Part shown: one piece after another, positions 14,801 through 27,968 of the stretch
How the letters are laid out: every line of letters starts with the position of its first letter
Numbering within the stretch: the first letter of the stretch is position 1
DNA from: Eledone cirrhosa
Lineage: Eukaryota
Length of the DNA: 64,000 nucleotides
Direction: 5' to 3'
NCBI GenBank assembly: GCA_964016885.1
Contig: OZ024742.1
Coordinates: 373,922,001 to 373,986,000, forward strand
Notes under the pieces: model-generated
What the model was told of the DNA's origin: nothing
Seen by the model: the letters and a program-made list of their open reading frames with translations, nothing else
The model's database searches: none
Program-made: the position numbers and the translations under genes

Positions 14801-17189
14801 TCATCACACCCACCAAAACAACCTCTTTACAGTGTGGTCTGAGCACTTTTTGTCATGACACTAACACAACCTCTTTACAGTGTGGACTGAGCGCTTTTTG
14901 TCATGACAGCAACACAACTTCTTTACAGTGTGGACTGAGCGCTTTTTGTCATGACAGCAACACAACCTCTTTACAGTGTAGACTGAGCACTTTTTGTCAT
15001 TACACCAACACAACCTCTTTACAGTGTGAACTGAGCACTCTTTGTCATGATACCAACACAATCTCTTTACAATGTGAATTGAGCACTTTTTATCAGGACA
15101 TCAACAGGACCACTTTACAGTGTGGACTGAGCACTTTTTGTCATGACAAAAACACAACCTCTTTACAGTGTGAACTGAGCACTTTTTGTCATGACACCAA
15201 CACAATCTCTTTACAGTGTGAACTGAGCATTTTTATTCATCACACTCACCAAAACAACCTCTTGAGAGTGTGGTCTGAGCACCTTTTGTCATGACACTAA
15301 CACAACCTCTTTACAGTGAGAACTGAGCGCTTTTTGTAGTGACACTAATACAATCTCTTTACAGTGTGAACTGAGCACTTTTTGTCATGACACTAACACA
15401 TCTTTACAGTGTGGACTGAGCGCTTTTTGTCATGACAGCAACATAACTTCTTTACAGTGTGGACTGAGCACTTTTTGTCATGACACCAACAAACTCTTTA
15501 CAGTGTGGACTGAGCGCTTTTTGTCATGACACCAAAACAACCTCTTTACAGTGTGAAATGAGCACTTTTTGTCATGATACCAACACAACCTCTTTTCAGC
15601 GTGAAATGAGCACTTTTTGTCATGACACCAACACAACCTCTTTACAGTGTGAACTGAGCACTTTTTGTCATGAAATCAACACAACCTCTTTACAGTGTGA
15701 ACTAAGCGTTTTTGTAGTGACACTAATACAACCTCTTTACAGTGTGAACTGAGCACTTTTTGTCATCACACCAACACAACCTCTTTACAGTGTTAACTAA
15801 GCACTTTTTGTCATGACACTAACACAACCTCTTTACAGTGTGAACTGAGCGCTTTTTGTCCTGACAGGAACACAGCCTCTTTACAGTGTGGGATGAGCAC
15901 TTTTTGTCATGACACCAACACAACCTCGATACAGTGTGGACTGAGCACTTTTTGTCATGACACCAACACAACCTCTTTACAGTGTGAACTGAGCACTTTT
16001 TGTCATGACATCAACACAACTTCTTTACAGCGTGAACTGAGCGCTTTTTGTAGTGACACTAATACAATCTATTTACAGTGTGAACTGAGCACTTTTTGTC
16101 ATCACACCCACCAAAACAACCTCTTTACAGTGTGGTCTGAGCACTTTTTGTCATGACACTAACACAACCTCTTTACAGTGTGGACTGAGCGCTTTTTGTC
16201 ATGACAGCAACACAACTTCTTTACAGTGTGGACTGAGCGCTTTTTGTCATGACAGCAACACAACCTCTTTACAGTGTAGACTGAGCACTTTTTGTCATGA
16301 CAAAAACACAACCTCTTTACAGTGTGAACTGAGCACTTTTTGTCATGACACCAACACAACCTCTTTACAGTGTGGGCTGAGCACTTTTTGTCATGACACC
16401 AACACAACCTCTTTACAGTGTGGGCTGAGCACTTTTTGTCATGACACCAACACAACCTCGATACAGTGTGGACTGAGCACTTTTTGTCATGACACCAACA
16501 CAGTCTCTTTACAGTGTGGACTGAGCACTTTTGTCATGACACCAACACAACCTCTTTACAGTGTGGACTGAGCGCTTTTTGTAGTGACACTAATACAACC
16601 TCTTTACAGTGTGAACTGAGCACTTTTTTTCATCACACCAACACAACCTCTTTACAGTGTAGACTGAACACTTTTTGTCATGACACCAACACAACCTCTT
16701 TACAGTGTGAACTGAGCACTTTTTGTCATGACATCAACACAACCTCTTTACAGTGTGAACTGAGCACTTTTTGTCATGACACCAACACAACCTCTTTAAA
16801 GTGTGAACTGAGCACTTTTTGTCTTGACATCGACACACCCTCTTTACAGTGTGGACTGAGGACTTTTTGTCATGACATCAACACAACCTCTTTACATTGT
16901 GAACTGAGCACTTTTTGTCATGATACCAACACAACCTCTTTACAGTGTGGACTGAGCACTTTTTGTCATGACATCAACACAACCTCTTTACATTGTGAAC
17001 TGAGCACTTTTTGTCATGATACCAACACAACCTCTTTACAGTGTCAACTGAGCACTTTTTGTCATGACACCAACACAGTCTCTTTACAGTGTAGACTGAA
17101 CACTTTTTGTCATGATACCAACACAACCTCTTTACAGTGTAGACTGAGCGCTTTTTTCATGAAATCAACAATACCTCTTTACAGTGTGA

Positions 17190-20100
17190 ACTGAGCGCTT
17201 TTTGTAGTGACACTAATACAACCTCTTTACAGTGTGAACTGAGCACTTTTTTTCATCACACCAACACAACCTCTTTACAGTGTAGACTGAACACTTTTAG
17301 TCATGACACCAACACAGCTTCTTTACAGTGTGAACTGAACACTTTTTGTCATGACACCAACACAACCTCGATACAGTGTGGACTGAGCACTTTTTGTCAT
17401 GACACCAACACAGCCTGTTTACAGTGTGGACTGAGCGCTTTTTGTCATGACACCAACACAGCCTGTTTACAGTGTGAACTGAGCACTTTTTGTCACGACA
17501 CCAACACAACCCCTTTACATTGTGAACTGAGCACTTTTTGTCATGACATCAACACAACCTCTTTACAGTGCGAACTGAGCTCTTTTTGTAGTGACACTAA
17601 TACAACCTCTTTACAGTGTGAACTGAGCACTTTTTGTCATCACACCAACACAACCGCTTTACAGTGTGTACTGAGCACTTTTTGTCATGACCCCAACACA
17701 GCCTCTTTACAGTGTGGACTGAGCACTTTTTGTCATGACACCAACACAACCTCTTTACAGTGTGGACTGAGCACTTTTTGTCATGACACCAACACAAACT
17801 CTTTACAGTGTGGACTGAGCACTTTGTGTCATGACACCAACACAACCTCGTTACAGTGTGATCTGAGCACTTTTTGTCATGACACCAACCCAACCTCTTT
17901 ACAGTGTAGACTGAACACTTTTTGTCATGACACCAACACAACCTCTTTACAGTGTGAACTGAGCACTTTTTGTCATGACACCAACACAACCTCTTTACAG
18001 TGTGGACTGAGCAATTTTTGTCATGACACCAACAAAACCTCTTTACAGTGTGGACTGAGCACTTTTTGTCATGATACCAACACAACCTCTTTACAGTGTG
18101 GACTGAGCACTTTTTGTCATGACACCAACACAGCCTCTTTACAGTGTGAACTGAGCACTTTTTATCATGACACCAACAGAACCTCTTTACAGTGTGAACT
18201 GAGCACATTTTGTCATGACATCAACACAACCTCTTTACAGTGTGAACTGAGCACTTTTTGTCATGACACCAACACAGCCTCTTTACAGTGTGAACTGAGC
18301 ACTTTTTATCATGACACCAAAACAACCTCTTTACAGTGTGGGCTGAGCACTTTTTGTCATGACACCAACACAACGTCGATACAGTGTAAACTGAGGACTT
18401 TTTGTCATGACACCAACACAACCTCGAGAGAGTGTGGACTGAGCACTTTTTGTCATGACACCAACACAGCCTGTTTACAGTGTGAACTGAGCACTTTTTG
18501 TCATGACATCAACACAACCTCTTTACAGTGTGAACTGAGCGCTTTTTGTAGTGACACTAATACAACCTCTTTACAGTGTGAACTGAGCACTTTTTGTCAT
18601 CACACCAACACAACCTCTTTACAGTGTGTACTGAGCACTTTTTGTCATGACCCCAACACAACCTCTTTACAGTGTGGACTGAGCGCTTTTTGTCATGACA
18701 CCAACACAACCTCGATACAGTGTAGACTGAGCACTTTTTGTCATGACACCAACACAGCCTCTTTACAGTGTGAACTGAGCACTTTTTGTCATGACACCAA
18801 CGCAAACTCTTTACAGTGTGGACTGAGCGCTTTTTGTAGTGACACTAATACAACCTCTTTACAGTGTGAACTGAGCACTTTTTTTCATCACACCAACACA
18901 ACCTCTTTACAGTGTAGACTGAACACTTTTAGTCATGACACCAACACAGCTTCTTTACAGTGTGAACTGAACACTTTTTGTCATGACACCAACACAACCT
19001 CGATACAGTGTGGACTGAGCACTTTTTGTCATGACACCAACACAGCCTGTTTACAGTGTGGACTGAGCGCTTTTTGTCATGACACCAACACAGCCTGTTT
19101 ACAGTGTGAACTGAGCACTTTTTGTCACGACACCAACACAACCCCTTTACATTGTGAACTGAGCACTTTTTGTCATGACATCAACACAACCTCTTTACAG
19201 TGCGAACTGAGCTCTTTTTGTAGTGACACTAATACAACCTCTTTACAGTGTGAACTGAGCACTTTTTGTCATCACACCAACACAACCGCTTTACAGTGTG
19301 TACTGAGCACTTTTTGTCATGACCCCAACACAGCCTCTTTACAGTGTGGACTGAGCACTTTTTGTCATGACACCAACACAACCTCTTTACAGTGTGGACT
19401 GAGCACTTTTTGTCATGACACCAACACAAACTCTTTACAGTGTGGACTGAGCACTTTGTGTCATGACACCAACACAACCTCGTTACAGTGTGATCTGAGC
19501 ACTTTTTGTCATGACACCAACCCAACCTCTTTACAGTGTAGACTGAACACTTTTTGTCATGACACCAACACAACCTCTTTACAGTGTGAACTGAGCACTT
19601 TTTGTCATGACACCAACACAACCTCTTTACAGTGTGGACTGAGCAATTTTTGTCATGACACCAACAAAACCTCTTTACAGTGTGGACTGAGCACTTTTTG
19701 TCATGATACCAACACAACCTCTTTACAGTGTGGACTGAGCACTTTTTGTCATGACACCAACACAGCCTCTTTACAGTGTGAACTGAGCACTTTTTATCAT
19801 GACACCAACAGAACCTCTTTACAGTGTGAACTGAGCACATTTTGTCATGACATCAACACAACCTCTTTACAGTGTGAACTGAGCACTTTTTGTCATGACA
19901 CCAACACAGCCTCTTTACAGTGTGAACTGAGCACTTTTTATCATGACACCAAAACAACCTCTTTACAGTGTGGGCTGAGCACTTTTTGTCATGACACCAA
20001 CACAACGTCGATACAGTGTAAACTGAGGACTTTTTGTCATGACACCAACACAACCTCGAGAGAGTGTGGACTGAGCACTTTTTGTCATGACACCAACACA

Positions 20101-20515
20101 GCCTGTTTACAGTGTGAACTGAGCACTTTTTGTCATGACATCAACACAACCTCTTTACAGTGTGAACTGAGCGCTTTTTGTAGTGACACTAATACAACCT
20201 CTTTACAGTGTGAACTGAGCACTTTTTGTCATCACACCAACACAACCTCTTTACAGTGTGTACTGAGCACTTTTTGTCATGACCCCAACACAACCTCTTT
20301 ACAGTGTGGACTGAGCGCTTTTTGTCATGACACCAACACAACCTCGATACAGTGTAGACTGAGCACTTTTTGTCATGACACCAACACAGCCTCTTTACAG
20401 TGTGAACTGAGCACTTTTTGTCATGACACCAACGCAAACTCTTTACAGTGTGGACTGAGCGCTTTTTGTAGTGACACTAATACAACCTCTTTACAGTGTG
20501 AACTGAGCACTTTTT
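17190..20515. repeat. Tandem duplication, 1,632-bp period (34 x 48 bp, no indels)
   Basis: Identical ORF pairs 17297/18929, 17597/19229, 18221/19853 and 18557/20189. The rare variant ACCTCGAGAGAGTG occurs at 18421 and 20053. Confidence 0.92.
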
Positions 20516-23500
20516 GTCATGACACCAACACAACCTCGATACAGTGTAGACTGAGCACTTTTTGTCATGACACCAACACAACCTCGATACAGTGTAGACT
20601 GAGCATTTTTTGTCATGACACCAACACAACCTCTTTACAGTATGGACTGAGCACTTTTTGTCATGACACCAACACAACCTCTTTACAGTGTGGACTGAGC
20701 ACTTTTTGTCATGACACCAACATAGCTTGTTTCAGTGTGAACTGAGCACTTTTTGTCATGATACCAACACAACCTCTTTACAGTGTGGACTGAGCAGTTT
20801 TTGTCATGACACCAACACAACCTCTTTACAGTGTGGACTGAGCACTTTTTGTCATGACATCAACACAATCTCTTTACAGTGTGAACTGAGCGCTTTTTGT
20901 AGTGACACTAATACAACCTCTTTACAGTGTGAACTGAGCACTTTTTGTCATCACACCAACACAACCGCTTTACAGTGTGTACTGAGCACTTTTTGTCATG
21001 ACCCCAACACAACCTCTTTACAGTGTGGACTGAGCACTTTTTGTCATGACACTAACAAAACCTCTTTACAGTGTGAACTGAGCACTTTTTGTCATGACAC
21101 CAACACAACCTCGATACAGTGTAGACTGAGCACTTTTTGTAGTGACACTAATACAACCTCTTTACAGTGTGAACTGAGCACTTTTTGTCATCACACCAAC
21201 ACAACCTCTTTACAGTGTGTACTGAGCACTTTTTGTCATGACCCCAACACAACCTCTTTACAGTGTGGACTGAGCGCTTTTTGTCATGACACCAACACAA
21301 CCTCGATACAGTGTAGACTGAGCACTTTTTGTCATGACACCAACACAGCCTCTTTACAGTGTGAACTGAGCACTTTTTGTCATGACACCAACGCAAACTC
21401 TTTACAGTGTAGACTGAGCGCTTTTTGTAGTGACACTAATACAACCTCTTTACAGTGTGAACTGAGCACTTTTTGTCATGACACCAACACAACCTCGATA
21501 CAGTGTAGACTGAGCACTTTTTGTCATGACACCAACACAATCTCGATACAGTGTAGACTGAGCATTTTTTGTCATGATACCAACACAGCCTCTTTACAGT
21601 GTGGACTGAGCAGTTTTTGTCATGACACCAACACAACCTCTTTACTGTGTGACTGAGCACTTTTTGTCATGACATCAACACAACCTCTTTACAGTGTGAA
21701 CTGAGCGCTTTTTGTAGTGACACTAATACAACCTCTTTACAGTGTGAACTGAGCACTTTTTGTCATCACACCAACACAGCTTGTTTCAGTGTGAACTGAG
21801 CACTTTTTGTCATGATACCAACACAGCCTCTTTACAGTGTGGACTGAGCAGTTTTTGTCATGACACCAACACAACCTCTTTACTGTGTGACTGAGCACTT
21901 TTTGTCATGACATCAACACAACCTCTTTACAGTGTGAACTGAGCGCTTTTTGTAGTGACACTAATACAACCTCTTTACAGTGTGAACTGAGCACTTTTTG
22001 TCATCACACCAACACAACCGCTTTACAGTGTGTACTGAGCACTTTTTGTCATGACCCCAACACAACCTCTTTACAGTGTGGACTGAGCACTTTTTGTCAT
22101 GACACTAACACAACCTCTTTACAGTGCGAACTGAGCGCTTTTTATCATGACAGCAACACAACCTCTTTACAGTGTGGACTGAGCCTTTTTCGTCATGAAA
22201 CCAACACAACCTCGTTACAGTGTTGACTCTTCGCTTTTTGTCATGATACCAACACAATCTCGTTACAGTGTGAACTGATCACTTTTTGTCATGACACCAA
22301 CCCAACCTCTTCACAGTGTGAACTGAGCACTTTTGTCATGACACCAACACAGCCTCTTTACAGTGTAGACTGAACACTTTTTGTCATGACACCAACACAG
22401 CCTGTTTACAGTGTGAACTGAGCACTTTTTGTCATGACACCAACACAGCCTCTTTACAGTGTGGACTGAGCGCTTTTTGTCATGACACCAACATAGCCTC
22501 GTTAGAGTGTGGACTGAGAGCTTTTTTCATGACAACAACACAGCCTCTTTACAGTGTGGACTGAGCGCTTTTTGTCATGACACCAACACAATCTCGATAC
22601 AGTGTAGACTGAGCACTTTTTGTCATGACACCAACACAGCCTCTTTACAGTGTGAACTGAGCACTTTTTGTCATGACACCAACACAACCTCTTTACAGTG
22701 TGGACTGAGCGCTTTTTGTAGTGACACTAATACAACCTCTTTACAGTGTGAACTGAGCACTTTTTGTCATGACACCAACACAACCTCGATACAGTGTAGA
22801 CTGAGCACTTTTTGTCATGACACCAACACAAACTCGATACAGTGTAGACTGAGCATTTTTTGTCATGACACCAACACAACCTCTTTACAGTGTGGACTGA
22901 GCACTTTTTGTCATGACACCAACACAGCCTCTTTACAGTGTGGACTGAGCACTTTTTGTCATGACACCAACACAGCCTGTTACAGTGTGAACTGAGCACT
23001 TTTTGTCATGATACCAACACAACCTCTTTACAGTGTGGACTGAGCACTTTTTGTCATGACACCAACACAACCTCTTTACAGTGTGGACTGAGCACTTTTT
23101 GTCATGACATCAACAGAACCTCTTTACAGTGTGAACTGAGCGCTTTTTGTAGTGACACTAACACAACCTCTTTACAGTGTGAACTGAGCTCTTTTTGTCA
23201 TGACACTCAGACAACCTCTTTACAGTGTGAACTGAGCACTTTTCTTCATGACACCAACACAACCTCTTTACAGTGTGAACTGATCACTTTTTGTCATGAT
23301 ACCAACACCTCTTTACAGTGTGAACTGAGCACTTTTTGTCATGATACCAACACAACTTCTTTACAGTGTTATCTGAGCACTTTTTGTCATGATACCAACA
23401 AAACCTCTTTACAGTGTGGACAGAGGGCTTTTTGTCATGACACCAACACAGCCTCTTTACAGTGTGAACTGAGCACTTTTTGTCTGACACCAACACAACC

Positions 23501-23639
23501 TCGGTACAGTGTGAACTGAGCACTTTTTGTCATGACACCAACACGATCTCCTTACAGTGTGGACTGAGCACTTTTTGTCATGACACCAACACAGCCTCTT
23601 TACAGTGTGGACTGAGCACTTTTTGTCATGACACCAACA

Positions 23640-26600
23640 CAGCCTGTTAGGGTGTGAACTGAGCACTTTTTGTCATGATACCAACACAACCTCTTTACAG
23701 TGTGGACTGAGCACTTTTTGTCATGACACCAACACAACCTCTTTACAGTGTAGACTGAGCACTTTTTGTCATGACATCAACACAACCTCTTTGCAGTGTA
23801 AACTGAGCGCTTTTTGTAGTGACACTAACACACCCTCTTTACAGTGTGAACTGAGCACTTTTTTTCATGACACTAAGACAACCTCTTTACAGTGTGAACT
23901 GAGCACTTTTTTTCATGACACCAACACAACCTCTTTACAATGTGAACTGATCACTTTTTGTCATGATACCAACACCTCTTTACAGTGTGAACTCAGCACT
24001 TTTTGTCATGATGCCAACACAACCTCTTTACAGTGTGATCTGAGCACTTGTGGTTATGATACCAACACAACCTCTTTACAGTGTAGACTGAGCACTTTTT
24101 GTCATGACACCAACACAGCCTCTTTACAGTGTGAACTGAGCACTTTTTGCATGACACCAACACAACCTCTTTACAGTGTGGGCTAAGCACTTTTTGTCAT
24201 GACACCAACACAACCTCGATACAGTGTGGACTGAGCACTTTTTGTCATGACACCAACACAGCCTCTTTACAGTGTGGACTGAGCACTTTTGTCATGATAC
24301 CAACACAGCCTCTTTACAGTTTGGACTGAGCACTTTTTGTCATGACACCAACACAGCCTGTTTACAGAGTGAACTGAGCAATTTTGTCATGACATCAACA
24401 CAATCTCTTTACATTGTGAACTGAGCGCTTTTTGTAGTGACACTAATACAACCTCTTTACAGTGTGAACTGAGCACTTTTTGTCATCACACCAACACAAC
24501 CTCTTTACAGTGTGGACTGAGCACTTTTTGTCATGACACTAACACAACCTCTTTACAGTGTGGACTGAGCACTTTTTGTCATCACACCAACACAACCTCT
24601 TTACAGTGTGAACTGAGCACTTTTTGTAGTGACACTATTACAACCTCTTTACAGTGTGAACTGAACACTTTTTTTCATCACACCAACACAACCTCATTAC
24701 AGTGTGGACTGAGCACTTTTTGTCATGACACCAACACAACCTCTTTACAGTGTGAACTGAGCACTTTTTGTCATGACACCAACACAACCTTTTTACAGTG
24801 TGAACTGAGCATTTTTGTCATGATACCAACACAACCTCTTTACAGTGTGAACTGAGCACTTTTTGTCATGACACCAACACAACTTCTTTACAGTGTGAAC
24901 TGAGCACTTTTTGTCATGACATCAACACATCCTCTTTACAGTGTGAACTGAGCACTTTTTGTCATGACATCAACACACCCTCTTTACAGTGTGGACTGAG
25001 GACTTTTTGTTATGAGATCAACACAACCTCTTTACAGTGTGAACTGAGCACTTTTTATCATGACACCAACACAACCTCTTTACAGTGTGAACTGAGCACT
25101 TTTTGTCATGACATCAACACAACCTCTTTACAGTGTGAACTGAGCACTTTTGTCATGACACCAACACAACCTCTATACAGTGTAGACTGAGCACTTTTTG
25201 TCATGACACCAACACAGCCTCTTTACAGTGTAAACTGAGCACTTTTTGTCATGACACCAAAACAACGTCTTTACAGTGTGGGCTGAGCACTTTTTGTCAT
25301 AACAGCAACACAACGTCGATACAGTGTAGACTGAGCACTTTTTGTCATGACACCAACACAACCTCGATAGAGTGTGGACTGAGAATGTTTTGTCATGACA
25401 CCAACACAGCCTCTTTACAGTGTGGACTGAGCAATTTTTGTTATGACACCAACAAAGCCTGTTTACAGTGTGAACTGAGCACTTTTTGTCATGATACCAA
25501 CACAACCTCTTTACAGTGTGAACTCAGCACTTTTTGTCATGACATCAACACAAACTCTTTACAGTGCGAACTGAGCGCTTTTTGTAGTGACACTAATACA
25601 ACCTCTTTACAGTGTGAACTGAGCATTTTTTTACATCACACCAATACAACCGCTTTACAATGTGTACTGAGCACCTTTTGTCATGACCCCAACACAGCCT
25701 CTTTACAGTGTGGACTGAGCACTTTGTGTCATGACACTAACACAACCTCTTTACAGTGTGAACTGAGCGCTTTTTGTCATGACAGCAACGCAACCTCTTT
25801 ACAGTGTGGAGTGAGCGATTTTTGCCATGATACCAACACAATCTCGTTACAGTGTGGACTGAGAACTTTTTGTCATGACACCAACACAACCTCTTTACAG
25901 TATGAACTGAGCACTTTTTGTCATGACACCAACCCAACCTGTTTACAGTGTGAACTGAGCACTTTTTGTCATGACACCAACACAGCCTCTTTACAGTGTA
26001 GACTGAACACTTTTTGTCATGAAACCAACACAGCCTCTTTACAGTGTGAACTGAGCACTTTTTGTCATGACACCAACACAGCCTCTTTACAGTGTGGACT
26101 GAGCACTTTTTGTAATGACACCAACACAACCTGTTAGGGTGTGAACTGAGCACTTTTTGTCATGATACCAACACAACCTCTTTACAGTGTGGACTGAGCA
26201 CTTTTTGTCATGACACCAACACAACCTCTTTACAGTGTGGACTGAGCACTTTTTGTCATGACATCAACACAACCTCTTTACAGTGTGAACTGAGCGCTTT
26301 TTGTAGTGACACTAACACACCTCTTTACAGTGTGAACTGAGCACTTTTTTTCATGACACTAAGACAACCTCTTTACAGTGTGAACTGAGCACTTTTTTTC
26401 ATGACACCAACACAACCTCTTTACAATGTGAACTGATCACTTTTTGTCATGATACCAACACCTCTTTACAGTGTGAACTGAGCACTTTTTGTCATGATGC
26501 CAACACAACCTCTTTACAGTTTGATCTGAGCACTTGTGGTTATGATACCAACACAACCTCTTTACAGTGTGGACAGAGCACTTTTTGTCATGACATCAAC

Positions 26601-27950
26601 ACAACCTCTTTACAGTGTGAACTAAGCACTTTTTGTCATGACACCAACACAACCTCTTTACAGTGTAGACTGAGCACTTTTTGTCGTGACACCAACACAG
26701 CCTCTTTACAGTGTGAACTGAGCACTTTTTGCTTGACACCAACACAACCTCGATACAGTGTGGACTGAGCACTTTTTGTCATGACACCAACACAACCTCT
26801 TTACAGTGTGGACTGAGCACTTTTGTCATGACACCAACACAGCCTCTTTACAGTTTGGACTGAGCACTTTTTGTCATGACACCAACACAGCCTGTTTACA
26901 GAGTGAACTGAGCAATTTTGTCATGACATCAACACAATCTCTTTACATTGTGAACTGAGCGCTTTTTGTAGTGACACTAATACAACCTCTTTACAGTGTG
27001 AACTGAGCACTTTTTGTCATCACACCAACACAACCTCTTTACAGTGTGGACTGAGCACTTTTTGTCATGACACTAACACAACCTCTTTACAGTGTGGACT
27101 GAGCACTTTTTGTCATCACACCAACACAACATCTTTACAGTGTGAACTGAGCACTTTTTGTAGTGACACTATTACAACCTCTTTACAGTGTGAACTGAAC
27201 ACTTTTTTTCATGACACCAACACAACCTCATTACAGTGTGGACTGAGCACTTTTGGTCATGACACCAACACAACCTCTTTACAGTGTGAACTGAGCACTT
27301 TTTGTCATGACACCAACACAACTTCTTTACAGTGTGAACTGAGCACTTTTTTCATGACATCAACACATCCTCTTTACAGTGTGAACTGAGCACTTTTTGT
27401 CATGACATCAACACACCCTCTTTACAGTGTGGACTGAGGACTTTTTGTTATGAGATCAACACAACCTCTTTCCAGTGTGAACTGAGCACTTTTTATCATG
27501 ACACCAACACAACCTCTTTACAGTGTGAACTGAGCACTTTTTGTCATGACATCATCACAACCTCTTTACAGTGTGAACTGAGCACTTTTGTCATGACACC
27601 AACACAACCTCTATACAGTGTAGACTGAGCACTTTTTGTCATGACACCAACACAGCCTCTTTACAGTGTAAACTGAGCATTTTTTGTCATTACACCAAAA
27701 CAACGTCTTTACAGTGTGGGCTGAGCACTTTTTGTCATAACAGCAACACAACGTCGATACAGTGTAGACTGAGCAATTTTTGTCATGACACCAACACAAC
27801 CTCGATAGAGTGTGGACTGAGCACTTTTTGTCATGACACCAACACAGCCTCTTTACAGTGTGGACTGAGCACTTTTTGTCATGACACCAACACAGCCTGT
27901 TTACAGTGTGAACTGAGCACTTTTTGTCATGACATCAACACAACCTCTTT
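23640..27950. repeat. Older, diverged duplication (offset ~2,440-2,490 bp)
   Basis: Shared rare variants: CCTGTTAGGGTGTG at 23643 and 26130, ACTTGTGGTTATGATACC at ~24046 and ~26532, GGACTTTTTGTTATGAGATC at ~25000 and ~27438. Similar ORFs at 25173/27611. The offset drifts through monomer gain and loss. Confidence 0.78.
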
Positions 27951-27968
27951 ACAGTGTGAACTGAGCGC

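Noticed and set aside
17597-18208. Zinc-finger, metallothionein or multiheme cytochrome repeat on the minus strand (CWCH...C..H)
   Set aside because: The spacing fits neither C2H2 fingers (28-aa period with TGEKP linker) nor CxxCH, and the frame is frequently interrupted by stops.
22312-22318. Perfect heptamer CACAGTG on the + strand as an RSS
   Set aside because: No ACAAAAACC-like nonamer follows at 12 or 23 bp on that strand.
23647-23652. Telomeric hexamer TTAGGG (also at ~26134)
   Set aside because: These are single isolated hexamers created by point changes in one duplicated monomer, not a tandem telomeric tract.
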